From: Pseudomonadota bacterium
GTDB taxonomy: Bacteria > Vulcanimicrobiota > Xenobia > RGZZ01
Assembly (NCBI GenBank): GCA_010028905.1
Contig: RGZZ01000002.1
Coordinates: forward strand, 1-45,483
Direction of reading: 5' to 3'
Length of the DNA stretch: 45,483 nucleotides
In this document: piece by piece, positions 10,288-17,733 of the stretch
Position numbering within the stretch: the stretch's first letter is position 1
Layout: the number at the start of each line of letters is the position of its first letter
Made by a program: the position numbers and the translations under genes
The notes under the pieces: generated by a model
Database searches by the model: none
The model's input: only the letters and a program-made list of their open reading frames with translations
Told to the model about the DNA's origin: nothing

Positions 10288-10840
10288 GGGGCGACTGTTC
10301 GAGTCAGGTGTCTGATGGTGGCTCTGAAATGCCTCTGCACACCTGTTCACATCTGAGCAACAAAAATCCGGTGCATCCATGAAGGAACCGGTTTTCTTGC
10401 GAAGAAGGAGTTCGAACAGGTGTAGAAAAATTCAATCTTTCCGGCCGAGACTGAATGGTGCGACGGCACCTCACAGTCGAACGCCGAGGGCGACGGGTCG
10501 CAGATGCGCCGTCGACCCAGCTCCAGGGGTGAACGTCTTCTTCAACAACGTGGTGGCTTGAAAGAGAACAGCGAGGCGTCGGGCGCAGAGCGTGCCTGAG
10601 GCCTCTTGATGCTTCTCTGTCCACGTGAGAGGCCGTGAAACACCGGAAGGTTCCCAAGGGTTACAGAGTCCTGAGGTTTGTCGGTGCCGTGTGGTGCCGG
10701 CAGGAGAGGAGGTAGATACAGATGTGCAATCGGTTCGTTGAGGAAACAAGCATGCTCTGCGGGTCCCGCGCGCACGGACGGTCGACCTCTCCTCCACATC
10801 AAGGCCCTGCCTGTCAGGGCCAAAAAAACGGAGGAAGAAC

Positions 10841-13800
10841 ATGAGACGCATCTCATGGCTGGTGCTTGCACTGGCAATGGTCGTTTCCATGTTCCGTCCC
10901 GCCATGTCCGCACCCATGTTTCCGGATGTTCCGGATATGTGGGCGAAGGACGCAGTAGCTGCGCTCGCGGCGAAGGGTATCCTCGAGGGATATCCGGACG
11001 GCACCTTCAAGGGTGACCGTGCGGCCACCCGATACGAGGTTGCCATGATCGTTGCGCGCCTGCTGGCGAAGATGGAGCAGGAGCACGCCACATTCGCAAC
11101 CAAGGCAGATCTCGACGAGCTTCGTCGTCTCGTCAACCAGCTCAAGGATGAGCTCGATGCGCTGGGCGTTCGCGTCCAGAACCTCGAAGACAACGTTGCG
11201 CGCCTCGATAAGCGCGTGACCGAGCTCGAGCGCATCACCTTCTACGGCAGCCTCGACACCCGCTTCGTGTCGATGCGCATGCAGAACAACGGCATCTCCA
11301 CCGGAACCAACGGTTCCGTTGGTGGCGTGACCGTTGCCACGCCCGGCGGCGTCGCGTTCACCGCGGGCGCTGGCGGTGTGGTCAGCAGCCCTCTCGCTTC
11401 CGCGGCGACCGCGGGTCAGAGCACCACGTTCAGCAACCTCGCGAGCAACCTCGTTCCCGCGGGCTTCATCGTGAACGGTGGCTCTGGTCTCCCGGCCAAC
11501 CCGCTGGGTCCTGGCGCGACGGCTCCCCCGAACACCCTGGCTGTGCCTCCGGTGTCGACGGGTCTGCCCAGCGTCGTCATGACGGGCGTCGGCTCCCCCG
11601 CCGCCTTCATCGCTGGTAATGCCCCTGGTCTGCCTGCGCGCGTCGCTGGCCGCCCCGTGGTCATCAACCAGTTCGCCCCGAACACGGGCAGCTTCAACAA
11701 CAGCGTCAACCCCAGCTACAACGTTGTGGTCGGCTCTGCCCTCGGTCTCGGCACTTCCAACCCGTTCACCGGCACCACCGGTGCGGCTGGCGTGCTGCCG
11801 ACCGTTCCCTCTGTGCTCCCCACGTTCGAGTTCCGCACGGGCCGTCCGTGGACCCAGGGCACTGGCTACAGCGGCCAGGGCATCCTCGGCGTGCGCATCA
11901 AGCTGAACCCCGACATGGACGCGGGCGCTGAGTTCGCCTCGTACGTGAGCGCGGGTGACGCGATTGTCGACGCGTTCTATGGCGTGTCGGCCGCTCGTCA
12001 GATGAACGTGTTCGCAAGCAACCAGTCTCTCGCCGGTCTCGATGCTGGCCAGGGTGCGGCTCACACCCCCTGGACCCGCATGGTCATCGACAACTTCTGG
12101 TTCCTGCACAAGCCCAGCAACATCAAGGTGCAGCTCGGCTCGTTTGGCGATACCCACATGGATGGCATCGTCTACACGCCTGAGTTCAACCCGAACTACT
12201 TCGGACCGCGCAACCTTGACAACTACGGCTTCCGCGTTTCGGGCCGCCACCACCTCCTCGCTCCTTTCGAGTGGGAAGTGTTCGGCTCGCAGGTCGCCGA
12301 CGGCAACCAGCTCACCACCGCCTTCCCTGGCGTCGTGGCTGCCACAGGTGCCACCCCCTACCGCCCCTTCCTCTGGGGTGTTGACGGCAAGTGGACTTTC
12401 GGCCAGGAGGGCAACCAGGGCCGCTTCAAGTTCAACCTGCTCCGCATCTGGGACGACAGCGCTGCTGGCGCCGCCACCACCGTTGGCTCCATCGTGGGCG
12501 TGAACGGTGTGACCCTCGACTGGGCCAACCCGAACGGCTACTTCGCCGCTCAGGTCTCGCCCCAGTTCACCAACAACGCCACCGGCGTTACCCTCAACCC
12601 GAATGGCAGCCGCGTGGCTGGCATCGGCTCCACCTCTGACGTGCGTCCCATCATCCCGATCATCGCGGGCAATGGTGGCGGCCTCGCCAACGGTACCGGC
12701 CAGGTGACCCTGCCGGTGTACGGCATCGACACCACCGCCTCTGGCGTGTTCGGTGCGACGCAGGTGCCTGTCGTCAGCGCTCTCAACACCGCCGCCAACG
12801 GTGGTGCCGCGGGTGCTGCCATCGGTGGTCTCCCCGCGTCCAGCTTCGGACCGCAGTCCATGTTCACCTGGGGTCTCTCGGGTGGCTGGGACTACACCTG
12901 GAACAACGACGTGAAGATGCGCTTCGGCGTGGAGTATGGCAACTCGAGCTACAAGCCGAGCGCCAACTCGCCCTACAACGCTCCGAACGGTTCGGCCTAC
13001 CGCATCGGTCTCGGCTTCACGCTGTTCAGCGACTTCGACGTTGACACCGAGTACATCGATGTCAACCCGTACTACAACCCGTACGTTCTGCAGTACCCGA
13101 ACGTGAACGGCGTGAGCCAGGCCTTCTGGCGCCTGCCGAGCCTGTCGTGGTTCCCGCAGATGTACCCGGTCAGTGACAAGGACCAGTTCCCGAACAACCG
13201 CATGGGCGTCCGCCTGAACTTCAAGTGGAACCCGGTTGATCCGAAGGACGGCAAGCACAAGACCGTGTTCTACGGTGAGTACGGCAACATGGCCCAGGAT
13301 CAGACCTCGCTCCAGCAGGTTCGCTACAGCCCCGGCAGCATTGCCATGGGTAGCCTCCTGCCTGGTTCCGGCCCTGGCACTGGCGTCCCCTCGATCTATG
13401 ACCCGAACGGTACGATCCCGAACGGCTTCGTGCTGGGTCAGAACCCTGGTTACATCGACACCGTCTTCACGGGCTACCACCCGACTTCGTTCGCTGGTTA
13501 CACGGGCAGCCTTGCGCCGTCCACCGTCAACCAGTTCGCGACGCCGCTGGAGAACGTCCGTGGCCGTGTCACCAACTGGGGCATCGGTGCGAACTACCGG
13601 TTCGACAACCTGGGTGGCCTGGGCATCCACGCCGCCTACAAGGACTGGCAGTTCACCCGCCCCTCGGGCCTGACGCCTCAGTTCGGCGGTTCCGAGAACA
13701 ACATCGACCTCCACAACAGCGGCGGTCTCGTTGCTCTGAACTACCCGATCAACGAGCGCTTCAGCGTCAAGGGCGGTTACTCGTGGGCTACCGTGAAGGG

Positions 13801-14065
13801 TCACTACGATCCGACCGGTATCTACCGTAACTTCGCTCTCGACACCGCAAGCACCACGTTCCAGACGCTCAACACCGATCAGACGAGCCCGTTCATCGGC
13901 TTCGACTATGACGTGGCCAAGAACGTCAACTGGAACATGACTGCGAAGTGGCTCGACAACCACGACAACCTGGGCACCTTCAGCACGCCCACCTTCTTCA
14001 TGGCTCGCAACCCCTTCAGCTGGACTGGCTTCATGCTCACGTCCCAGGTGAAGGTCAGCTTCTAA
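10841..14065 (+). CDS. SLH-domain outer-membrane protein (SLH + coiled coil + large beta-barrel; OmpM/SlpA-like OM tether or porin)
   Basis: GGAGGAAGAAC lies before the ATG. Signal peptide MRRISWLVLALAMVVSMFRPAMSA. SLH motif FPDVPDMWAKDAVAALAAKGILEGYPDGTFKGDRAATRYEVAMIVARLL. Heptad coiled coil (LRRLVNQLKDELDALGVRVQNLEDNVARLDKRVTELE). Long G/A/P/T/N-rich segments follow, then alternating aromatic beta-strand patterns. The C-terminus ends ...SQVKVSF, which is OMP beta-signal-like with a terminal Phe. Confidence 0.85.
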   Translation: MRRISWLVLALAMVVSMFRPAMSAPMFPDVPDMWAKDAVAALAAKGILEGYPDGTFKGDRAATRYEVAMIVARLLAKMEQEHATFATKADLDELRRLVNQLKDELDALGVRVQNLEDNVARLDKRVTELERITFYGSLDTRFVSMRMQNNGISTGTNGSVGGVTVATPGGVAFTAGAGGVVSSPLASAATAGQSTTFSNLASNLVPAGFIVNGGSGLPANPLGPGATAPPNTLAVPPVSTGLPSVVMTGVGSPAAFIAGNAPGLPARVAGRPVVINQFAPNTGSFNNSVNPSYNVVVGSALGLGTSNPFTGTTGAAGVLPTVPSVLPTFEFRTGRPWTQGTGYSGQGILGVRIKLNPDMDAGAEFASYVSAGDAIVDAFYGVSAARQMNVFASNQSLAGLDAGQGAAHTPWTRMVIDNFWFLHKPSNIKVQLGSFGDTHMDGIVYTPEFNPNYFGPRNLDNYGFRVSGRHHLLAPFEWEVFGSQVADGNQLTTAFPGVVAATGATPYRPFLWGVDGKWTFGQEGNQGRFKFNLLRIWDDSAAGAATTVGSIVGVNGVTLDWANPNGYFAAQVSPQFTNNATGVTLNPNGSRVAGIGSTSDVRPIIPIIAGNGGGLANGTGQVTLPVYGIDTTASGVFGATQVPVVSALNTAANGGAAGAAIGGLPASSFGPQSMFTWGLSGGWDYTWNNDVKMRFGVEYGNSSYKPSANSPYNAPNGSAYRIGLGFTLFSDFDVDTEYIDVNPYYNPYVLQYPNVNGVSQAFWRLPSLSWFPQMYPVSDKDQFPNNRMGVRLNFKWNPVDPKDGKHKTVFYGEYGNMAQDQTSLQQVRYSPGSIAMGSLLPGSGPGTGVPSIYDPNGTIPNGFVLGQNPGYIDTVFTGYHPTSFAGYTGSLAPSTVNQFATPLENVRGRVTNWGIGANYRFDNLGGLGIHAAYKDWQFTRPSGLTPQFGGSENNIDLHNSGGLVALNYPINERFSVKGGYSWATVKGHYDPTGIYRNFALDTASTTFQTLNTDQTSPFIGFDYDVAKNVNWNMTAKWLDNHDNLGTFSTPTFFMARNPFSWTGFMLTSQVKVSF

Positions 14066-14087
14066 ACCAGAAGCAGGCCTGAAGGCG

Positions 14088-14120
14088 GGGCCCCCGGCGC
14101 AAGCCGGGGGCCCTTTGCAT
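14088..14120 (+). terminator. Rho-independent terminator after the SLH-OMP gene
   Basis: 11-bp GC stem GGGCCCCCGGC / GCCGGGGGCCC with a GCAA tetraloop, followed by TTTGCATTTG. Confidence 0.75.
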
Positions 14121-14134
14121 TTGCCGGGAAAGAT

Positions 14135-14166
14135 CTCCGTGCGCGAAACTTTTTTCACGCACGGAG
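14135..14166 (+). promoter_or_regulatory. Perfect 9-bp stem-loop overlapping the GGAG upstream of the ECF sigma ORF
   Basis: CTCCGTGCG (14135-14143) and CGCACGGAG (14158-14166) with a 14-nt loop containing T6. The function is unknown. Confidence 0.3.
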
Positions 14167-14179
14167 GACCAATTCCAGC

Positions 14180-14902
14180 ATGACATCGATGCAGCTCGCC
14201 ATCACACAAGGGGTCAGCCCATTCCCTCTTGAATCCCTCCCCGTCAGACCCCACGCCGCGAAGCCCAGGCTCGAGGCGGTGGCGCCCATACAGGGGAGGC
14301 GACCCGTGGACGAAGACCTGGCGCTGGTCGAGCGCTTCAAGATGGGTGAATCAGCCGCGTTCGAGCAACTTGTCAGCAAGTATCAGCGAAGCGTCTTGAA
14401 CCTGGTCTACCGCTTCACCGGAGATGCCTCTCGGGCGGAAGATCTCGCGCAAGAGGTCTTTGTTCGCCTGTACCGGGCACTCGACGGGTTCGAGGCCAAG
14501 GCGCGCTTCTTCACCTACCTGTACAAGATCACGCTGAATCTCTGCCTCAAGGACCGTGAGCGGGAGCAGCGGCGGAGAACCCAGAGCCTCGATGAACGCG
14601 GCGGAGATGACCTGCAGCGCGTGCGCGAGGTGGCAGATCCCAAGGGGTCGGCGGAAGATCTGGCCGAGCGTCGCGACACCGCGCGCATCGTGCGAGAAGC
14701 CGTGCAGTCGCTGCCCGATGAGCAGCGCACGGCGGTCATCCTGCATCGCTTTCATGGGTTGTCGTACGAAGAGCTGGCCGATGTGCTCGAGATCTCCCTG
14801 CCCGCTGTGAAGTCGCGTCTCCATCGCGCAAAGCTGGCCCTCAAGGAGAGGCTTGCGAGCTATGTTACTGGTGAAGGTGAAGTGAGTCGTCATGCGCTGT
14901 GA
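14180..14902 (+). CDS. ECF-type RNA polymerase sigma factor (sigma-70 regions 2 and 4)
   Basis: Region 2: DLALVERFKMGESAAFEQLVSKYQRSVLNLVYRFTGDASRAEDLAQEVFVRLY. Region 4: LPDEQRTAVILHRFHGLSYEELADVLEISLPAVKSRLHRAK. The in-frame GTG at 14306 has a much better RBS (GGGGAGG-6 nt) and may be the true start. Confidence 0.85.
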   Translation: MTSMQLAITQGVSPFPLESLPVRPHAAKPRLEAVAPIQGRRPVDEDLALVERFKMGESAAFEQLVSKYQRSVLNLVYRFTGDASRAEDLAQEVFVRLYRALDGFEAKARFFTYLYKITLNLCLKDREREQRRRTQSLDERGGDDLQRVREVADPKGSAEDLAERRDTARIVREAVQSLPDEQRTAVILHRFHGLSYEELADVLEISLPAVKSRLHRAKLALKERLASYVTGEGEVSRHAL

Positions 14903-15617
14903 GGAAGCCCTCGAGCATCTGCTCGAGGAAGAACGGCTGGTTTCAGCTGATGCGACGGGGGCGCTCGCCGCCCATCTCGATGCGTGTGCGCAGTGCCGTC
15001 AGGCGCGACAAGAGATCGAAGGGGCGTGGTCGTTGCTTGGTGCGTGGTCTGCGCCCGAGCCACAGGCTGGGTTTGCCGACCGCGTCATGGCGCGGGTTCG
15101 TGATGAAGATGTCTGTGCGGCTGTGCAAGAAGCGCTGATCGAGCGCAACGGTGACCTCGTTGATCTCGCGCACCGCGACCATCTCGAGGCGTGCGCGGAA
15201 TGTCAGGGAGAGGCCAGCGCGATGCGCGCCACCTGGCAGTCTCTGGGGGAGTGGGCTGATGTTGCGCCCTCTCCTGATTTTGTGAGGTCGGTGATCACCC
15301 GTGCCCGGGGGGGTGATGTGCCGCGGCAAGGTCAGCGCGCATTGCGGCCCTGGCACCGCGCGCGTGCCGTTGCCAGCATTGCGGCGTTGCTTGCCATCGT
15401 GCTGGGGGTCTTCGCCTGGCTGGGACCCGCGCACCGCGATCGCGGAATGTCGACGTCGGCTGGACGAGGCTCGGGGGCCGTGGCAGCGGTCGATTCCCCA
15501 GACCTCACCTCGGAGGGCGATGATCTACTAGAGGCGTTGCGACCGCCCGCGCCCAGCGGGGAAGCCGACGACGCGATTGAAGAGGTGCTCTCCGCCTCGT
15601 TCGTGGCGGCGCGCTGA
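14892..15617 (+). CDS. Membrane-anchored anti-sigma factor with two tandem zf-HC2 (HxxxCxxC) modules
   Basis: Overlaps the sigma gene by 11 nt. Contains AHLDACAQCRQ and DHLEACAECQG motifs, each followed by W..LG.W...P..F...V..R.R. One TM helix (AVASIAALLAIVLGVFAWLG) and a short acidic extracytoplasmic tail. Confidence 0.75.
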   Translation: MRCEEALEHLLEEERLVSADATGALAAHLDACAQCRQARQEIEGAWSLLGAWSAPEPQAGFADRVMARVRDEDVCAAVQEALIERNGDLVDLAHRDHLEACAECQGEASAMRATWQSLGEWADVAPSPDFVRSVITRARGGDVPRQGQRALRPWHRARAVASIAALLAIVLGVFAWLGPAHRDRGMSTSAGRGSGAVAAVDSPDLTSEGDDLLEALRPPAPSGEADDAIEEVLSASFVAAR

Positions 15618-15670
15618 ACGTCAGCGTCTTTGGTGCTGTGCGTCGTCTGTGCTGACGCCAACCCCTTTGA

Positions 15671-16675
15671 TCAAGGGCCAGTAAAGACGTCTACCGGCGT
15701 GACCCCCAGATCGAGTGCTGGCTTCTCCTCGAGCCCAGGCAGGCTGCGTATCCCCAGCTTGTTGTCGCCCTCGAGGGCGATATAGAGCTTGCTCTGGTCG
15801 GGTGAGAGTGCGAGGCCATAGGGGCGCGCCCCCACCGGGGTGGCGAGCGGCTCCGCGCTCAGATCGTCGCGCGAGAAGGTGACCACCGAGCTGTCCTCGA
15901 CACAGGCAACGTAGACCTTCCCACTCTCTGCTGCAACCACGTCGTAGGCACCGTCTCCGACCTTGACCGTGGAGACCAGGGCGAGGGTGGTGGCATCGAG
16001 CACCGAGACGTCGTTGCCGTCGAATGAGCTGACATACAGAAATCGGCCACCCGGATCGACTGCAAGGCCGAAGGCCCCGGGGGGGACCTGGGCGCGCGCA
16101 GCTTCCTGGCCGCTGTCCGGCGCGCAGGCAATCACCAAGTTGTCCTTGTGGGCCAGCACGTACAGCCGCTTCTCGTCGCATGAGAGAGCCACGAGGGCAG
16201 GCTGATGGCCGGAGGGAAACGTGACCACGGTCTTGCGGCTCTCGAGATCGAGAACGGTGACGCTGTCGCTGCCCTTGTTGGCCACATAGAGGCGCTTCCC
16301 ATCGCGGCTCATGACCATTCCCGCGGGCTCACGCCCGGTGTTCAGCCGACCCACCGGGATACCGGTGGTCTGGAAGACCCGAACGTAGTCCTGGGTCTTC
16401 GCTGAAGCGTAGAGATAGAGCCCATCAGGAGAGAGGGCGACGCCGCCGGCCCCGTGCTCGACGGGGAACTTTTCGGCAGGCGTGTCATCACTGGTGCGGA
16501 TGGCTACCACGTAGCTGTCCTTGTCGCTGACGTACACGCGCGGACCCTCCGGGCGTGCGGGTCTCTCCCCTGTCGGTGCCGGTGAGGGGGGAGCCATGCT
16601 CTGCTGCAACCACTGGCAGCCGCTGCTGCCCAACGCCATCAGGAGGGAGAGAACGAGAAGAGGGAACCTCGACAT
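15671..16675 (-). CDS. Lipoprotein with YVTN-type beta-propeller repeats
   Basis: The start at 16675 follows AAGGGGG. Lipobox MSRFPLLVLSLLMALGSSGC. Repeated units (P.G.A.SPDG..LYV...G.DSVTVLD) resemble the 3476-4957 paralogue. The ORF-track 5' extension to 16756 was rejected. Confidence 0.8.
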   Translation of the reverse strand: MSRFPLLVLSLLMALGSSGCQWLQQSMAPPSPAPTGERPARPEGPRVYVSDKDSYVVAIRTSDDTPAEKFPVEHGAGGVALSPDGLYLYASAKTQDYVRVFQTTGIPVGRLNTGREPAGMVMSRDGKRLYVANKGSDSVTVLDLESRKTVVTFPSGHQPALVALSCDEKRLYVLAHKDNLVIACAPDSGQEAARAQVPPGAFGLAVDPGGRFLYVSSFDGNDVSVLDATTLALVSTVKVGDGAYDVVAAESGKVYVACVEDSSVVTFSRDDLSAEPLATPVGARPYGLALSPDQSKLYIALEGDNKLGIRSLPGLEEKPALDLGVTPVDVFTGP

Positions 16676-16733
16676 GAGGTTCCCCCTTACGACGCACTGC
16701 AGGTGATCCCTGCGCCCTGTTCGGGTGTGTGGC

Positions 16734-17522
16734 TCAGCGGATGATGAACTCGTCATTTCCGCCGAGCGCCATGCCCGGTGAGAACGACGGTGGCGCAGCG
16801 GTGTTGGTGTTGGCGGTCTCGAGCGTCACCTGCACCTTGATGTGGTTCTTGATCGAGACATCTTGCGCCACGATCTGGGAGTTCGTCTCCACCTCGGACC
16901 GAACGAGGCGGCCTTCCTTGTAGGCGAAGTACGTGGTTCCCGTAGCCGAGATGCGCTGCTCCACCTTGTCTTGCAGCGGGATGCTCGACTCCGGGCAGGA
17001 GACCTTGATCTCGGCGCACTCGTAACCGTTGGTGCGCGTGAATCCCCACAGCGAGTAGTGGTAGGTGAGCTTGACCTCCTTGTGGCCCGTCACCTTGCCA
17101 TCGGCGTCGGTGATGGGGACGGGGATCGCGCTGTCACCCGTCCAGGTCTCTCCCTGCTTCACGGGCTTGGTGGGGAAGGGAGGCTGGGAGAACGGGAGGT
17201 CCATGTTGGTCTGGATGACCTCACCGCTTCGCTTCATCCTCATCGACACGGTCTTGCCCGTGGGGTCTTGCCCGGGCTCGAAGGGCACATTCTCCTGATC
17301 ACGCTTCAGAGAGACAGACTGGATTGTGACGTCGACAGCCGTGGTGCCGTCTGGGCTCACCTCGGTGGCCTTCTGCAGCATCACCATCTCCATGAGCGAG
17401 GAACCGCTGGCGGTCTGCTCGCCTTCGCGGAGCATCTGCTCTGATTCGACGACCGTGCGGTACTGCAGCTGCTCACCCGGCTGCATCTTGTACTCGAGTG
17501 TGATGGCGTCTCCCGAGGCCAT
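16734..17522 (-). CDS. Hypothetical beta-rich protein with no signal peptide
   Basis: ATG at 17522 is preceded by GAGGAGG 9 nt upstream. G/C-rich third codon positions are consistent with coding. I recognised no motif. It lies 58 nt upstream of, and co-oriented with, the YVTN lipoprotein gene. Confidence 0.6.
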   Translation of the reverse strand: MASGDAITLEYKMQPGEQLQYRTVVESEQMLREGEQTASGSSLMEMVMLQKATEVSPDGTTAVDVTIQSVSLKRDQENVPFEPGQDPTGKTVSMRMKRSGEVIQTNMDLPFSQPPFPTKPVKQGETWTGDSAIPVPITDADGKVTGHKEVKLTYHYSLWGFTRTNGYECAEIKVSCPESSIPLQDKVEQRISATGTTYFAYKEGRLVRSEVETNSQIVAQDVSIKNHIKVQVTLETANTNTAAPPSFSPGMALGGNDEFIIR

Positions 17523-17733
17523 GAAGGTGATCCTCCTCAACCTGCACGTCTCGTGTTGGGCGTGCTACCGATAGGAGGCCGTTCTTCTAAGCCCTTGCGA
17601 TTCCTCCTGCCAGTCAGCAGCGGCCGCGCTCTCGCCCCTGTCAGGCAGGGAGGAGAAAGCGCCGCGACGGCACGAACACGAGGAGACGCGGCCGCCGGTG
17701 GCATCGGAGGCCCAGCAGGGAAGAAGGCGGTCC

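Noticed and set aside
10288-10330. A tmRNA-like 5' end (GGGGCGACTGTTCGAGTCAGG resembles GGGGCUGAUUCUGGAUUCGACGGG) directly after the TACAAT box.
   Set aside because: I could find none of the following within the next 600 nt: a matching 3' acceptor strand (UCGCCCC-ACCA), a T-arm (GGTTCGAnTCC), or a tag reading frame ending in ...AA-stop. The resemblance is probably coincidental.
10379-10561. A 60-aa ORF (MKEPVFLRRRSSNRCRKIQSF...) inside the long OMP leader, as a possible leader peptide.
   Set aside because: There is no SD-like sequence at proper spacing. The translation is Arg-rich and junk-like, and codon third positions lack the G/C bias seen in real genes here.
10853-14254. Very long antisense or off-frame ORFs. 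Examples on the minus strand: 10853..14254 (1133 aa), 755..2275, 5585..6742, 9324..10232, 18919..20775, 21850..22983, 24963..26615, 26710..27951, 29767..30963, 30960..32009, 32143..33366 and 42512..44287. Several plus-strand alternate-frame ORFs also occur.
   Set aside because: Their translations are Arg/Ala/Gly/His-rich with no motifs. They lie exactly opposite or out of frame to ORFs with clear conserved motifs. Stop-free shadow frames are expected in GC-rich DNA.
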